Below are positions 48,638 to 59,028 of a stretch of DNA of 64,000 nucleotides, piece after piece; position 1 is the stretch's first letter, and the number at the start of each line of letters is the position of its first letter. The translations under genes were made by a program, and so were the position numbers. The stretch is taken from IMG/VR virus record IMGVR_UViG_3300042261_002390, positions 62,001-126,000 of that record. One strand, 5' to 3'. A model generated the notes under the pieces. The model had not been told where the DNA came from. It saw nothing but the letters and a program-made list of their open reading frames with translations, and made no database searches.

Positions 48638-51600
48638 ATGGATAAAAAACAATTAGATAGACTTGTTTGGAATGAATTATTTAAGGAGCGTGAAATAATA
48701 ATCACTCAAAATAATGATGGTTCATATATTATGAATCAAATGCCGTTTCATGCTGAAATGAAATCGAAGGCAAATGATAATGAATTTCTAACATATCGTT
48801 TTGGCGATAATTTCTTATCATATGACTTAATTAGTATTGGCTTTGATAATGGTGAAATTATTGGTAATCCAAAAACAGGTGAAACAATATTAGAATCCGA
48901 TTCTAAATTAAAATATAAAAATTGTTTTGGAAGTGGTATTGATATTGATGTGAATATCACAAAAGAGGGTGTTGGTAAAAATATTGTAATAAATTCATTA
49001 TCTGACTTAGGCGAAATACCTGACAATACTGAATATGTTGATGTTTTATTTAAAATAAATACAAATTTTGATTTTAGTTTTTTAACTGAAGACGAGTTTA
49101 TTATTGGCGATGTTCTGTATATTGATTCGGATAGTTATATTAATAAAGTCAAAACTTGGGATTTAAATAATTCGGTTGATGATGAAACCAAAGGTATTTT
49201 ATATCTTAAAAATGGCGAGATTTATCTTAAAAAACAAATAAGTGTTGAATATTTAAAATCGGCAATATTTCCTGTTTATAGTGATTTATTTCTCAGTTTT
49301 GGCGTAACACCAACAGGTGCTAACTTTGGCTCAAGTTTAGAATATCCTACTATATCTAAATTAGACAGTACTCATTTTGTTGTCGCATATCCTGATATTT
49401 CAAATCTTAGTTATGGTACGGCTATTATTGGTACTATTAATGGAGGTCGAATTACTTATGGTAGTGCATACGTTTTTAATTATAGTACTACTTCCAATAT
49501 ATCGGTTATATCATATAATAGTACTCATTTTGTGGTAGCATATACTGATGCTGGTAATAATTATTATGGCACAGCAATGATTGGAACAGTAACTGGAACT
49601 GCAATTAGTTATGGTAGTGGATATGTGTTTAGTGCAGTGTTTGGTACTTCTAATACATCTGTTTCATTATTAGATAGTACTCATTTTGTCGTAGCATATA
49701 ATGCTAACTCAAATGGTTCTGCTGTGATTGGCACTATAAGTGGTACTGCAATTAGTTATGGTAGCACATATGTATTTAATGCTGCAGCCATTTCATATAC
49801 ATCTGTTTCAGTTTTGAATAGTACTCATTTTGTTGTAGCCTATCGTGATGATGGTAATAGTAATTATGGAACTGCAATTGTTGGTACTGTGAGCGGAACT
49901 GCTATTAGTTATGGTAGTGAATATGTGTTTAATACTGCAAATAGTAATTATACATCAGTTTCGTTATTAGATAGCACACATTTTGTTGTGGTATATACTG
50001 ATGAAGGAAACGGTAGTTATGGTACAGCAATTATCGGTACTGTAAGTGGCACTGCAATTAGTTATGGTAGCGAATATGTGTTTAATGCTGCAACTACTAT
50101 TAATACATCTGTTTCATTATTAGATAGTACTCATTTTGTTGTAGCCTATCGTGATAGTGGCAACAGTAATTATGGAACAGCTATAGTTGGTACTGTGAGT
50201 GGTAGTGTTATAAGTTATGGTAGCGAATCTATATTTTATGCTGGAAATATTACTTATGTGTCTGTTTCGTTGTTGGATGATAGTCATTTTCTAGTTGCAT
50301 ATTATATTGGTAGTGGTAGGGTATCAATAGGTACAGTTGGTGATATTGGTATTGGCTATGGTAGCGAATATGTGTTCAATGCAGCATTTACACAATATAT
50401 ATCATCTGTTAAAATAGATAGCACTCATTTTATAACAACCTATCAAGATGGCGGTAATAGTAATTATGGTACTGCAATAATTGGTACTATTAGTTTAAAT
50501 AATGTAATTAGTTATGGTAGTGAATATGTATTTAATCCAGCAACCACTACTGATATATCTGTTTCGTTACTGGATAGTACTCATTTTGTTGTAACATATT
50601 CTGATGGCGGTAATAGTTATTACGGTACTGCGATAATTGGTACTGTAAGTGGAACTGCAATTAGTTATGGTAGTGAATATGTATTTAATGCAGCAAGCAC
50701 TACATATATTTCAGCGACTATGCTGGATAGCACTCATTTTATTGTAGGTTACAAGGATGGTGGTAATAGTAGTTATGGTACAGCAATAATTGGTACTGTA
50801 AGTGGAAGTGCAATTAGCTACGGTAGTGAATACGTATTTAATGCTGCAGCTACTGATTTTATTAGCGTTAGTGCATTAGATACCACGCATTTTGTTGTAA
50901 CATATTCTGATGGCGGTAATAGTTATTACGGTACGGCAATAATTGGTACTGTTAGTGGAACGGCAATTAGTTATGGTAGCGAATATGTGTTTAAGGCGGG
51001 TAATGCTCAATATATATCATCAGCTAAAATAGATGGTACTCATTTTGTTGTAGCATATTCTACTGCATATGGTGCTGCTGTGATTGGTACTGTAAGTGGG
51101 AGCGTAATTAGCTACGGCAACACATATTGGTTTAACAATTCTCAAGTTCAAAATGATAATCCTATAAGTCTTTCATTATTAGATAGTACTCATTTTGTAG
51201 TCGCATATGGAAATAGTGATATTGGTGGTACTAAATGGGGTGCTGCTGTGGTTGGTACTATAAATGGGACGGTGATTGATTTTAATGTTGGATATATGTT
51301 TAATGGAGCATATAGTTGGTATTTGTCAACAGTAAATATTGATGCCACACATTTTGTTGTCACATATTATGATGGTGGTAATAGTTATTATGGTACTGCA
51401 ATTGTGGGACAAATAAATTATGATGAATTATTTTTTAACTATTCAATTTATAATAATAATTCATCGTATATTTCAATTGCTAAATTAGATAGTACACATT
51501 TTGTTATTACATATGCTGATGATGGAAATAGTAGTTATGGAACAGCAATAATTGGTACTGTAACAAATGGTGTAATTTCATATGGAAGTGAATATGTGTT

Positions 51601-52540
51601 TAATACAGCAACCACTGATTTTATTAGTGTTAGTGCATTAGATAGTACACATTTTGTTGTTACATATCGTGATGGTGGCAACAGTAATTATGGCACTGGA
51701 ATAATTGGCACAGTAAGTGGAACGGCAATTAGTTATGGTAGCGAATATGTATTTAACACTGCAAGTACTTCATATAAATCAGTAATGACTTTAGATAGTA
51801 CTCATTTTGTTGTTGTTTATTCTAATGTTGGAGGACCTACTGGAAGTGCTGTAGTCGGTACTGTTAGTGGAACAGCAATTAGTTATGGTACTGTATACGG
51901 ATTTAATACTGCAACGAATTATACTTCTGCTGCATTGTTGGATAGTACTCATTTTATTGTTGGATTTTCTAATGGAGCTAATAGTAGTTATGGGACGGCA
52001 ATAATCGGTACAATAAGTGGAACTGCGATTAGTTATGGTAGTAAATATGTTTTTAATTCAGCAAGCACTGGTTATATTTCAGCGATTATGCTGGATAGTA
52101 CTCATTTTGTTATTGCATATGCTGATGATGGAAATAGTAGTTATGGTACTGCAATAGTTGGCACTGTTAGTGGAACTGTAATTAGTTATGGCAGCGAATA
52201 TGTGTTTAATGCTGCAACAACTACATATGTTTCAGCAACTATGTTGGATAGTACTCATTTTATCGTGACATATACTAATGGCGGTAATAGTAGTTATGAA
52301 ACTACAATAGTTGGTACTGTGAGCGGGACTGCAATTAGTTATGGTAGTGAATATGTTACCAAACCAGTCTCAACAACATATAAAAATATTGCTCAATTAG
52401 ATAGCACTCATGCTATTGTGGGAGATAGTACTAATGGTACATATATTACATATTCTCCAACAATTATAGGTAAAATAATTAATGCTGTTAAAAACTTATT
52501 TTGGAATGCTGTTAAATTAATTAAATGGAATAATGCATAA
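48638..52540 (+). CDS. Tandem-repeat protein (21 x ~54 aa), probable beta-propellers
   Basis: 21 copies of LDSTHFVVxY...YGTAIxGTVSGTAISYGSEYVFN after a ~230-aa non-repetitive N-terminus. Confidence 0.75.
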   Translation: MDKKQLDRLVWNELFKEREIIITQNNDGSYIMNQMPFHAEMKSKANDNEFLTYRFGDNFLSYDLISIGFDNGEIIGNPKTGETILESDSKLKYKNCFGSGIDIDVNITKEGVGKNIVINSLSDLGEIPDNTEYVDVLFKINTNFDFSFLTEDEFIIGDVLYIDSDSYINKVKTWDLNNSVDDETKGILYLKNGEIYLKKQISVEYLKSAIFPVYSDLFLSFGVTPTGANFGSSLEYPTISKLDSTHFVVAYPDISNLSYGTAIIGTINGGRITYGSAYVFNYSTTSNISVISYNSTHFVVAYTDAGNNYYGTAMIGTVTGTAISYGSGYVFSAVFGTSNTSVSLLDSTHFVVAYNANSNGSAVIGTISGTAISYGSTYVFNAAAISYTSVSVLNSTHFVVAYRDDGNSNYGTAIVGTVSGTAISYGSEYVFNTANSNYTSVSLLDSTHFVVVYTDEGNGSYGTAIIGTVSGTAISYGSEYVFNAATTINTSVSLLDSTHFVVAYRDSGNSNYGTAIVGTVSGSVISYGSESIFYAGNITYVSVSLLDDSHFLVAYYIGSGRVSIGTVGDIGIGYGSEYVFNAAFTQYISSVKIDSTHFITTYQDGGNSNYGTAIIGTISLNNVISYGSEYVFNPATTTDISVSLLDSTHFVVTYSDGGNSYYGTAIIGTVSGTAISYGSEYVFNAASTTYISATMLDSTHFIVGYKDGGNSSYGTAIIGTVSGSAISYGSEYVFNAAATDFISVSALDTTHFVVTYSDGGNSYYGTAIIGTVSGTAISYGSEYVFKAGNAQYISSAKIDGTHFVVAYSTAYGAAVIGTVSGSVISYGNTYWFNNSQVQNDNPISLSLLDSTHFVVAYGNSDIGGTKWGAAVVGTINGTVIDFNVGYMFNGAYSWYLSTVNIDATHFVVTYYDGGNSYYGTAIVGQINYDELFFNYSIYNNNSSYISIAKLDSTHFVITYADDGNSSYGTAIIGTVTNGVISYGSEYVFNTATTDFISVSALDSTHFVVTYRDGGNSNYGTGIIGTVSGTAISYGSEYVFNTASTSYKSVMTLDSTHFVVVYSNVGGPTGSAVVGTVSGTAISYGTVYGFNTATNYTSAALLDSTHFIVGFSNGANSSYGTAIIGTISGTAISYGSKYVFNSASTGYISAIMLDSTHFVIAYADDGNSSYGTAIVGTVSGTVISYGSEYVFNAATTTYVSATMLDSTHFIVTYTNGGNSSYETTIVGTVSGTAISYGSEYVTKPVSTTYKNIAQLDSTHAIVGDSTNGTYITYSPTIIGKIINAVKNLFWNAVKLIKWNNA

Positions 52541-52551
52541 TATTAAAATAT

Positions 52552-53061
52552 ATGAAAACAATTGTTGAAAAAGATACAAACTTATCTAAATTTATCGTTG
52601 AAAACGATATTGAGATAATACTTACTGAAAATTCTATAGAACTTCCCGGGATGGTTGTTTATGGGTTGAATGCTTCTAATGTTGACATTTTTGAGAATGT
52701 CACACAACCTTTAGATTGGGTTGGTAATAAATATAAGTATTTAAATTCGGAATGGGTTTTAAATCCTGATTGGATTGACCCTGAGAATCCCATCTCAACA
52801 GTGACTATTGAAGAAAGAAAAAATATTTTGACTAATGAACTAGCGTTAATAAGAAAAGAAGTTGCAGTTTTAATTACCGAATGTCAGTTGGTTAACAACC
52901 CACAACCACAAGCGTTAATTGATTTAATTGATTTGAGTCGAAATACATATCTTCGTGTAAAAAATGATATCGACGCATTAAGTGAAGATAATTATTTGGT
53001 GTATCATTTACAAACTGAAGAATTAAATATGCTTTTAAATGGTTTTAAATCATTTTTATAG
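52552..53061 (+). CDS. Hypothetical protein, possible fibre assembly chaperone
   Basis: DWVGNKYKY...WVLNPDW resembles tail fibre assembly proteins; follows the repeat protein. Confidence 0.45.
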   Translation: MKTIVEKDTNLSKFIVENDIEIILTENSIELPGMVVYGLNASNVDIFENVTQPLDWVGNKYKYLNSEWVLNPDWIDPENPISTVTIEERKNILTNELALIRKEVAVLITECQLVNNPQPQALIDLIDLSRNTYLRVKNDIDALSEDNYLVYHLQTEELNMLLNGFKSFL

Positions 53062-53094
53062 CGTTTAGTAGTATTTATATTAAAACCTAACAAT

Positions 53095-53340
53095 ATGTTA
53101 CAGAATAGTGATTTAAATGTTCAATTTCAGCCACAAGAACCTATTACGTTGGTTCATGAATATTCATCAACCGAATATTATGTTGGTGTTTCGATAAATG
53201 GCAATGATACTAGTAAAGCAAACTGGCAAATAAAAAAAATAAGTAAATCGGGCGATGTTTGGAATTTAGGTAAATTTCCGAATGGTGACCAGTCGTTTAC
53301 ATATACATGGGACGATAGATTAACCTACATATATCAATAA
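53095..53340 (+). CDS. Small hypothetical virion protein
   Basis: 81 aa, GTATTTATA upstream. Confidence 0.6.
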   Translation: MLQNSDLNVQFQPQEPITLVHEYSSTEYYVGVSINGNDTSKANWQIKKISKSGDVWNLGKFPNGDQSFTYTWDDRLTYIYQ

Positions 53341-53355
53341 TAAAAAGAATTTACT

Positions 53356-55068
53356 ATGGCAACATTTGCAATTAATTTATTAACAGGTAATAGTTATTTA
53401 TTTGATGGTACTTTTTCTGGAACAACTGGAAGTACTTCAGGCACAACATATCCACAAGTTGGCGCATTTGCTGAATTACCTACACCTGCATCATCATATA
53501 ATGGAGAAATTTATGTGGTTAGAACAGCTAGTGGAAACTACATGACTGGTATTAAAGATGCTGGTTTGTATTGGTCTAATGGTTTAGATTGGGTTAGATT
53601 AGGTGATATTACACAATATTTTAACTCAGATAATTTTCAAATATACGATGGTGATGATAAGACTAAAGGTATTGAAATTAATACTGGTGGAATTAGCAGT
53701 GGTGTGTTTAGAACTATAACTGTTCCGAATAAAAATGGTACATTAATATATCAGGCTGATGTGAATACATATACTGGTACAACTGCACCAAATACGTTTT
53801 TAAAGTTAAATCAAACTACGCCACAACGTGTTATTGGAAATCCACGAATGGACGGAATACAATTTGTTACTACTGGTTTAACAACCCCAAGTGTTGGAAA
53901 ATTATTTTGGAATGCTAACAATTCTACATTAGAATATGGCTTAAATTCTGATGTCAATATTCAAATTGGTCAAGAAACAGTATTTTTTGCAGTAAATAAG
54001 ACCGATAAAATAATACCAAACGGAACTGTGGTATATGTTAATGGTGCACAAGGTAGTGCACCAACCATTGGGTTAGCAGATAATGGCAATAATGGACTTA
54101 ATACGATAGGTGTTACAACGCAAGAATTTTCAATAAATGGTAGGGGATATGTTACATTAAGAGGTGTTGTTCGTAGCTTAAATACTAATGCATATTCTGC
54201 TGGTACTACAATATATTTAAATACAGGTGGTACTTGGACAAATCAAATGCCTGATGCACCAAAGACTGTAGTACGTATCGGTACGGTACTATATCAGCAT
54301 CAAAATCAGGGTCAAATATTGGTTTCACCATTATCATTACCTAAATTAAGCGATTTGTCGGATGTTGATGGTACACCATTGAGTACTACTGGTCTTATCC
54401 CTGTTTGGGATAATACTAATAAATATTTCGATTTTACATCAAATATTAATGATTTTGTACATGTAACTGGTGATACTATAACTGGAATTTTAAACGTGAG
54501 TGGTATCACCAAACTAGGCTCAACATTTAATGTTCTTGGCGTATCTACGTTAAAAAATGCATTAAATGTCAGTGGCATCACAACATTAGGGTCAACAGTT
54601 AACATATTATCAACACCAGCATTGGGCGACATTACTAGACCTACATTATTTTGGAATCCAAGTAGTAATGCTGTAGAAGCAATACATTTAACTGGTGGAA
54701 CATCTGAATATCATTATGCTGATAAATATACTCCTGCAACAACAACAAATACTTGTGCAAATTCAGTAAAATATTTGGGATATACCGCAAATACATTTTC
54801 TGGTGGTAGATATCGTATTGATGTTAATACAAGAGTAGGGAACATGTCTAATAATAAATGTACTGGTGTTCAGTTTTTACTTGATGGAGTTGTTAAGAGT
54901 AAGTTTTTAAATGTTGCATCATTTGCTGAAGCAGAGTGGAGCGAAACAATAACGAGAGATGAAACATATACACCGGGAACTCATTGTATTGATATTAGAT
55001 TTTATGATTGTGGCGGTGGTACAGCTTGTGTAGCTAGGGGTGTAATAAGAATTGCAAAAATTTGTTAA
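53356..55068 (+). CDS. Fibre/decoration protein
   Basis: QIGQE...NGTVVYV.G...GYVT.RGVV module also present in 31448. Confidence 0.6.
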   Translation: MATFAINLLTGNSYLFDGTFSGTTGSTSGTTYPQVGAFAELPTPASSYNGEIYVVRTASGNYMTGIKDAGLYWSNGLDWVRLGDITQYFNSDNFQIYDGDDKTKGIEINTGGISSGVFRTITVPNKNGTLIYQADVNTYTGTTAPNTFLKLNQTTPQRVIGNPRMDGIQFVTTGLTTPSVGKLFWNANNSTLEYGLNSDVNIQIGQETVFFAVNKTDKIIPNGTVVYVNGAQGSAPTIGLADNGNNGLNTIGVTTQEFSINGRGYVTLRGVVRSLNTNAYSAGTTIYLNTGGTWTNQMPDAPKTVVRIGTVLYQHQNQGQILVSPLSLPKLSDLSDVDGTPLSTTGLIPVWDNTNKYFDFTSNINDFVHVTGDTITGILNVSGITKLGSTFNVLGVSTLKNALNVSGITTLGSTVNILSTPALGDITRPTLFWNPSSNAVEAIHLTGGTSEYHYADKYTPATTTNTCANSVKYLGYTANTFSGGRYRIDVNTRVGNMSNNKCTGVQFLLDGVVKSKFLNVASFAEAEWSETITRDETYTPGTHCIDIRFYDCGGGTACVARGVIRIAKIC

Positions 55069-55071
55069 TAT

Positions 55072-55506
55072 ATGTTAGAAGAATTTATAAAAATAATAGT
55101 AGGCGGTGAATATACTAACGTAATGTTACTTGCGTATTTATGGTTTTTTGTTGTTGGTTATGTTATCTATGGATTAACCGAAACAACTGGTCGTGACGTT
55201 AAAAGTAAGAGAACACCAAATAAATGGAGTTGGAAATTTTGGTTTAAAGATAATTGGCGAAGATATTTGACTACATTATTGTGTACATATATTTTATTTA
55301 GATTTTATACTGAAATTAGTGGACATCCTTTCGGTTATTTCGATGCAGTTTCGACAGGTCTTATCGGTGATGGTATTTCTGCAACAATAAAGAAAAGAGT
55401 AAGAGGCATGACACCCTATGAAGGCGAAACATTTGCCGATAATGGCGATAATAAATATGGTGGTGCTGATAATAATATCGACTTAAATGAAGGAGAAAAA
55501 CAATGA
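55072..55506 (+). CDS. Membrane protein, possible holin
   Basis: Hydrophobic segments (MLLAYLWFFVVGYVIYGL; YLTTLLCTYILF) and charged C-terminal tail. Confidence 0.45.
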   Translation: MLEEFIKIIVGGEYTNVMLLAYLWFFVVGYVIYGLTETTGRDVKSKRTPNKWSWKFWFKDNWRRYLTTLLCTYILFRFYTEISGHPFGYFDAVSTGLIGDGISATIKKRVRGMTPYEGETFADNGDNKYGGADNNIDLNEGEKQ

Positions 55507-55928
55507 ACTATTCAACATTCAATGTAAAGAATTTTTTTATTAAGAAAGACAGTACATTACCTGTGCTAAAATATCCTCTAATTCAACAAGTTAGGGAACA
55601 ATATGATATTAGTGACGAAATGCTTGAAAATGTTGCTGTGACTTTTTCAATGATTGATGCTGAAACCGGATTATATCGCATTGCTAATGTTGCTGGAAAT
55701 CTCGTTATTAATAATGACAGGGTTAATTTTCCTGATGAAGAACAATATACACTGACATATAAATTTAAATTACCTCAAACAGCAAAAGCTGGTAGATATT
55801 TAGGTGAATTCGTGATAGATTTCATACCTATTGGTGATGGAGGTGGATGTGGTAAAATAAAACTACCTATTGAAGGATATATCAACATTATTATTTCAGA
55901 TAGTGTCACAAAAACTACCGTAGTTTAG
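55503..55928 (+). CDS. BppU N-terminal-like baseplate protein
   Basis: FFIKKDSTLP.L, TY.F...TAKAGRYLGEF.I.F. Confidence 0.55.
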   Translation: MNYSTFNVKNFFIKKDSTLPVLKYPLIQQVREQYDISDEMLENVAVTFSMIDAETGLYRIANVAGNLVINNDRVNFPDEEQYTLTYKFKLPQTAKAGRYLGEFVIDFIPIGDGGGCGKIKLPIEGYINIIISDSVTKTTVV

Positions 55929-55930
55929 TG

Positions 55931-56773
55931 TTATATTAACCACGACCATGTGATGCGTTTGACAATATTGTAAATAATACCATAGCTTCTGTTGTATTTT
56001 ATTTGAATTTGTTTTATAGACATTCCATTTTCATAGTCATTTCTAATTGTTAACACTTCATCTTTATTGGTAAGTGCCATAGCTCTACCGTTTTTTTCGC
56101 CTTTATTAATACCTTTATGTGTTTCTGATATTTTTTTTCTAGTTTCATCAGTTACAATACGTCCTTTACCATTTTGATTACCTTTTAAAGCAATACTGAT
56201 TTTCAATTTGCGTTCTTCTGAAAAAATTCTACCTGTGCTACTTTTGGATAATTTTTCTTTTGTTTCTTTTGAAAGTGTTTTTCCTTTTCGGCTAATACTC
56301 ATTTTTAGTCTAGTTTCTTCGGATGGCTTATGTCCTTTTCTTCCTTTTCTATTTACATTTAATTTAACACCTTTTTTGGCGATACTCATATTTTTTCTTG
56401 TTTTTTCTGATAACTTAACCCCCAAATGACTTTCACTCATTTTTAATCTGGTCTCATCAGTATGTATATATCCTAATATATTACCTGCCTTTGGTAATAT
56501 ATTGTAACCAAAACGTCTATCACAAGCATTAAATAAATCAATGTAATGTTGTTCTCTCTCAAGCAAAGTATTGATTTCAGTATATTCAATAACAATAAAT
56601 TCAAAATTATTAGTACCATATTTATTCCATGATTTTTGTAAATATGAATTGTCATGTTTATTTAAGTTTAAATCACTAATGTGTTTTTTCCATCTATTAT
56701 TTATATTTATCGAACTACCAACATACTGTTTATTGTTTATTTTATTCTTTATTACATATATTCCAGATTTCAT
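55931..56773 (-). CDS. GIY-YIG homing endonuclease with NUMOD3 repeats
   Basis: SGIYVIKNKINNKQYVGSS, HDNSYLQKSWNKYG, repeated HT/S.ETR.KMS. Confidence 0.9.
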   Translation of the reverse strand: MKSGIYVIKNKINNKQYVGSSININNRWKKHISDLNLNKHDNSYLQKSWNKYGTNNFEFIVIEYTEINTLLEREQHYIDLFNACDRRFGYNILPKAGNILGYIHTDETRLKMSESHLGVKLSEKTRKNMSIAKKGVKLNVNRKGRKGHKPSEETRLKMSISRKGKTLSKETKEKLSKSSTGRIFSEERKLKISIALKGNQNGKGRIVTDETRKKISETHKGINKGEKNGRAMALTNKDEVLTIRNDYENGMSIKQIQIKYNRSYGIIYNIVKRITWSWLI

Positions 56774-56854
56774 ATTATCTTTTAATATAAATACATTAAT
56801 TTATATTAATTAATTGATTATTGCATAAATATTTTGTTATTTGTATTTTTTTTA

Positions 56855-56862
56855 TATATTTG
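56855..56862 (+). promoter_or_regulatory. Bacteroidota-type -7 promoter element
   Basis: TATATTTG 20 nt before ATG 56883. Confidence 0.6.
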
Positions 56863-56882
56863 CAAAATATATACGATTTTAT

Positions 56883-58676
56883 ATGGATAAAATTCCGATT
56901 TTCATTGTTTCATGTGAAAGAGTTCCAAAAAAAACATCATACTATGTTAGATTTAATTATAATGATGGTTTGCTTAAACAAATTAAAGAATTACCACACG
57001 ATACACGTAAATGGAGTGGGTTAAATTTTGCTTGGGAAATTCATGCACATTCATTATTCCTTTTAATTAAAAAATATAAAGGTTCAAACAAAATTCATTT
57101 TGATTTTGGAAATGAAGACAGCCGAAAGCTATTTATTCAGCAAATAAAGAAGATTGAAATTGCTGAAGAAGAAAAACGTAAATTTATCGCTGACTTAAAT
57201 GTTAAAAAAGAAAATTGGGTTGCTTATAAAAAAGAACTTGAAGAACAATACTTAGAATTTAGTGATAAAATGCATGCACTTTTGAATGAGGGTATTAAAT
57301 TATATCCACATCAGATTGTTGCTGCTATGTTTATGAATGTTACCCGGAGTACATTAGTTTCGCACGAAATGGGATTAGGGAAAACACTTTCGAGTATTCT
57401 TTATGTTGAAATGAATAATTTCAAAAAGGTTGTGGTGGTCACACCAAATTCATTAAAATTTAACTACTACAATGAAGTTCAAAAATTCACAAAAAGTACT
57501 GCACATATTGTGAGATGGAAAAAAAATAAGTGTGGTATTGAAGATGCTAAGTATGTGATAGTTAACTATGATTTCTTCAATCCAAAAAACAAAGACAAGT
57601 TTAAGAAAAAATGGGATGAACTTGGAATTGGTAAGATTGATGCTGTAATTTGTGATGAATCACAAAAATTAAAAAACAGCAAATCAAACACATATAAGAA
57701 TTTTAATCGTACTTTTAAGAGTAAAGTATTTAAAGACGAAAAAATTAGTAAAATTTTCTTATCGGGAACACCTGCCCCAAATAGAGCACATGAATTATAT
57801 ACAGTATTGAATCAGATATCACCCACTGATTTTTCGACAAAAAATTATTTTAATGAATATTATTGTGGAATGACATATGATGGTGGTGGTTGGGGATATA
57901 ATGTTGAAACAATGGATGAAAGATTGGAAGAACTATATCACAAAATTTCACCATATGCACATAGAAAAAGAAAATTTGAGGTATTAACTGATTTACCGGA
58001 TAAAATATATTCAAATATTATTCTTGAAATGGAAGACGATGAACTTGATGTTTATAATGATATTGAAGCCGGGGTAGCTAATGAATTTGTCGAAAAACCG
58101 TCATCAAATCCGTTAACAATAATGGTTCGTTTAAGACAATTTACTGCACATCTCAAAGCAAAACCAATTGTTGAACTTATTGAAAATATTTTAGAAACAG
58201 GCGAAAAGGTTGTTGTCGTTGATTTCTTTAAAGAATCACTATATGAATTGAAGAAAATCTTAGGTGATGTAGCTGCTTTACATACTGGCGACCAAAGTGT
58301 TGAAGAACGTGCTGAATTGGTTAAAGTATTTCAAGACCCGAACAGTAGTATTAAGGTATTTTTAGGCTCAATTCAGACATGTAATTATGGGTTGACATTA
58401 ACTGCTGCAAGTAAACTTTTTATTATTACACTACCGTATTCCGTGGGCGAATATGACCAAGTAGCCGACCGTTTACATAGAATTGGTCAGAAAGATGTCG
58501 TTAATATATATCCGTTGATTTTCAGGGACAGTATTGATGAATATATATTTCAAGCAATTGAAAATAAACGTAAGGAAATTGTTAAGGTTATTGATAATGA
58601 AACATATAAATCGAATGTCTCTGAATCAGTACTAAGTGAAGTAATTAGAATAATTAAAGATAAACATGGCAAGTGA
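56883..58676 (+). CDS. SNF2-family helicase/ATPase
   Basis: HEMGLGKT, ICDESQKLKN, LSGTPAPNR, GLTLTAAS, QVADRLHRIGQ. ATG 56883 preferred because the 56841 start lies upstream of the promoter. Confidence 0.9.
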   Translation: MDKIPIFIVSCERVPKKTSYYVRFNYNDGLLKQIKELPHDTRKWSGLNFAWEIHAHSLFLLIKKYKGSNKIHFDFGNEDSRKLFIQQIKKIEIAEEEKRKFIADLNVKKENWVAYKKELEEQYLEFSDKMHALLNEGIKLYPHQIVAAMFMNVTRSTLVSHEMGLGKTLSSILYVEMNNFKKVVVVTPNSLKFNYYNEVQKFTKSTAHIVRWKKNKCGIEDAKYVIVNYDFFNPKNKDKFKKKWDELGIGKIDAVICDESQKLKNSKSNTYKNFNRTFKSKVFKDEKISKIFLSGTPAPNRAHELYTVLNQISPTDFSTKNYFNEYYCGMTYDGGGWGYNVETMDERLEELYHKISPYAHRKRKFEVLTDLPDKIYSNIILEMEDDELDVYNDIEAGVANEFVEKPSSNPLTIMVRLRQFTAHLKAKPIVELIENILETGEKVVVVDFFKESLYELKKILGDVAALHTGDQSVEERAELVKVFQDPNSSIKVFLGSIQTCNYGLTLTAASKLFIITLPYSVGEYDQVADRLHRIGQKDVVNIYPLIFRDSIDEYIFQAIENKRKEIVKVIDNETYKSNVSESVLSEVIRIIKDKHGK

Positions 58677-59028
58677 GTATGAATTTGGGATAAATCCATT
58701 TCAAGATTTTTTAATGGAATCTCTAATGTATGAAGTGGATATTTCTAATAGTGAGTTTGTTAACGAAATTAAACCTTCGTTTAGAATAATTTTAGAAGAC
58801 ATGTTAGAAAATCCAAATGAAGTATTATATTTGGACTTTAAAATCTTGAATGAGGATGGTCATTATAAAGTTATTGGTATGAACTCGGTGAGTGCTTTGT
58901 GGCTGAGTGGAATAATAGTAGATAATGCTGAACTAATTATTAAAAACAGTAACTTTAAATTAGACAATAGAAAGTATAAATATGATGTTAATACTAATAA
59001 ACTTACATATAAAATAGAAGATGAGTAA
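58666..59028 (+). CDS. Hypothetical protein
   Basis: 120-aa ORF overlapping both neighbours. Confidence 0.65.
   Translation: MASEYEFGINPFQDFLMESLMYEVDISNSEFVNEIKPSFRIILEDMLENPNEVLYLDFKILNEDGHYKVIGMNSVSALWLSGIIVDNAELIIKNSNFKLDNRKYKYDVNTNKLTYKIEDE

Noticed and set aside
48638-52540. CRISPR-like periodic repeats
   Set aside because: The repeats are degenerate, in-frame coding units of ~160 nt with no unique spacers and no cas genes
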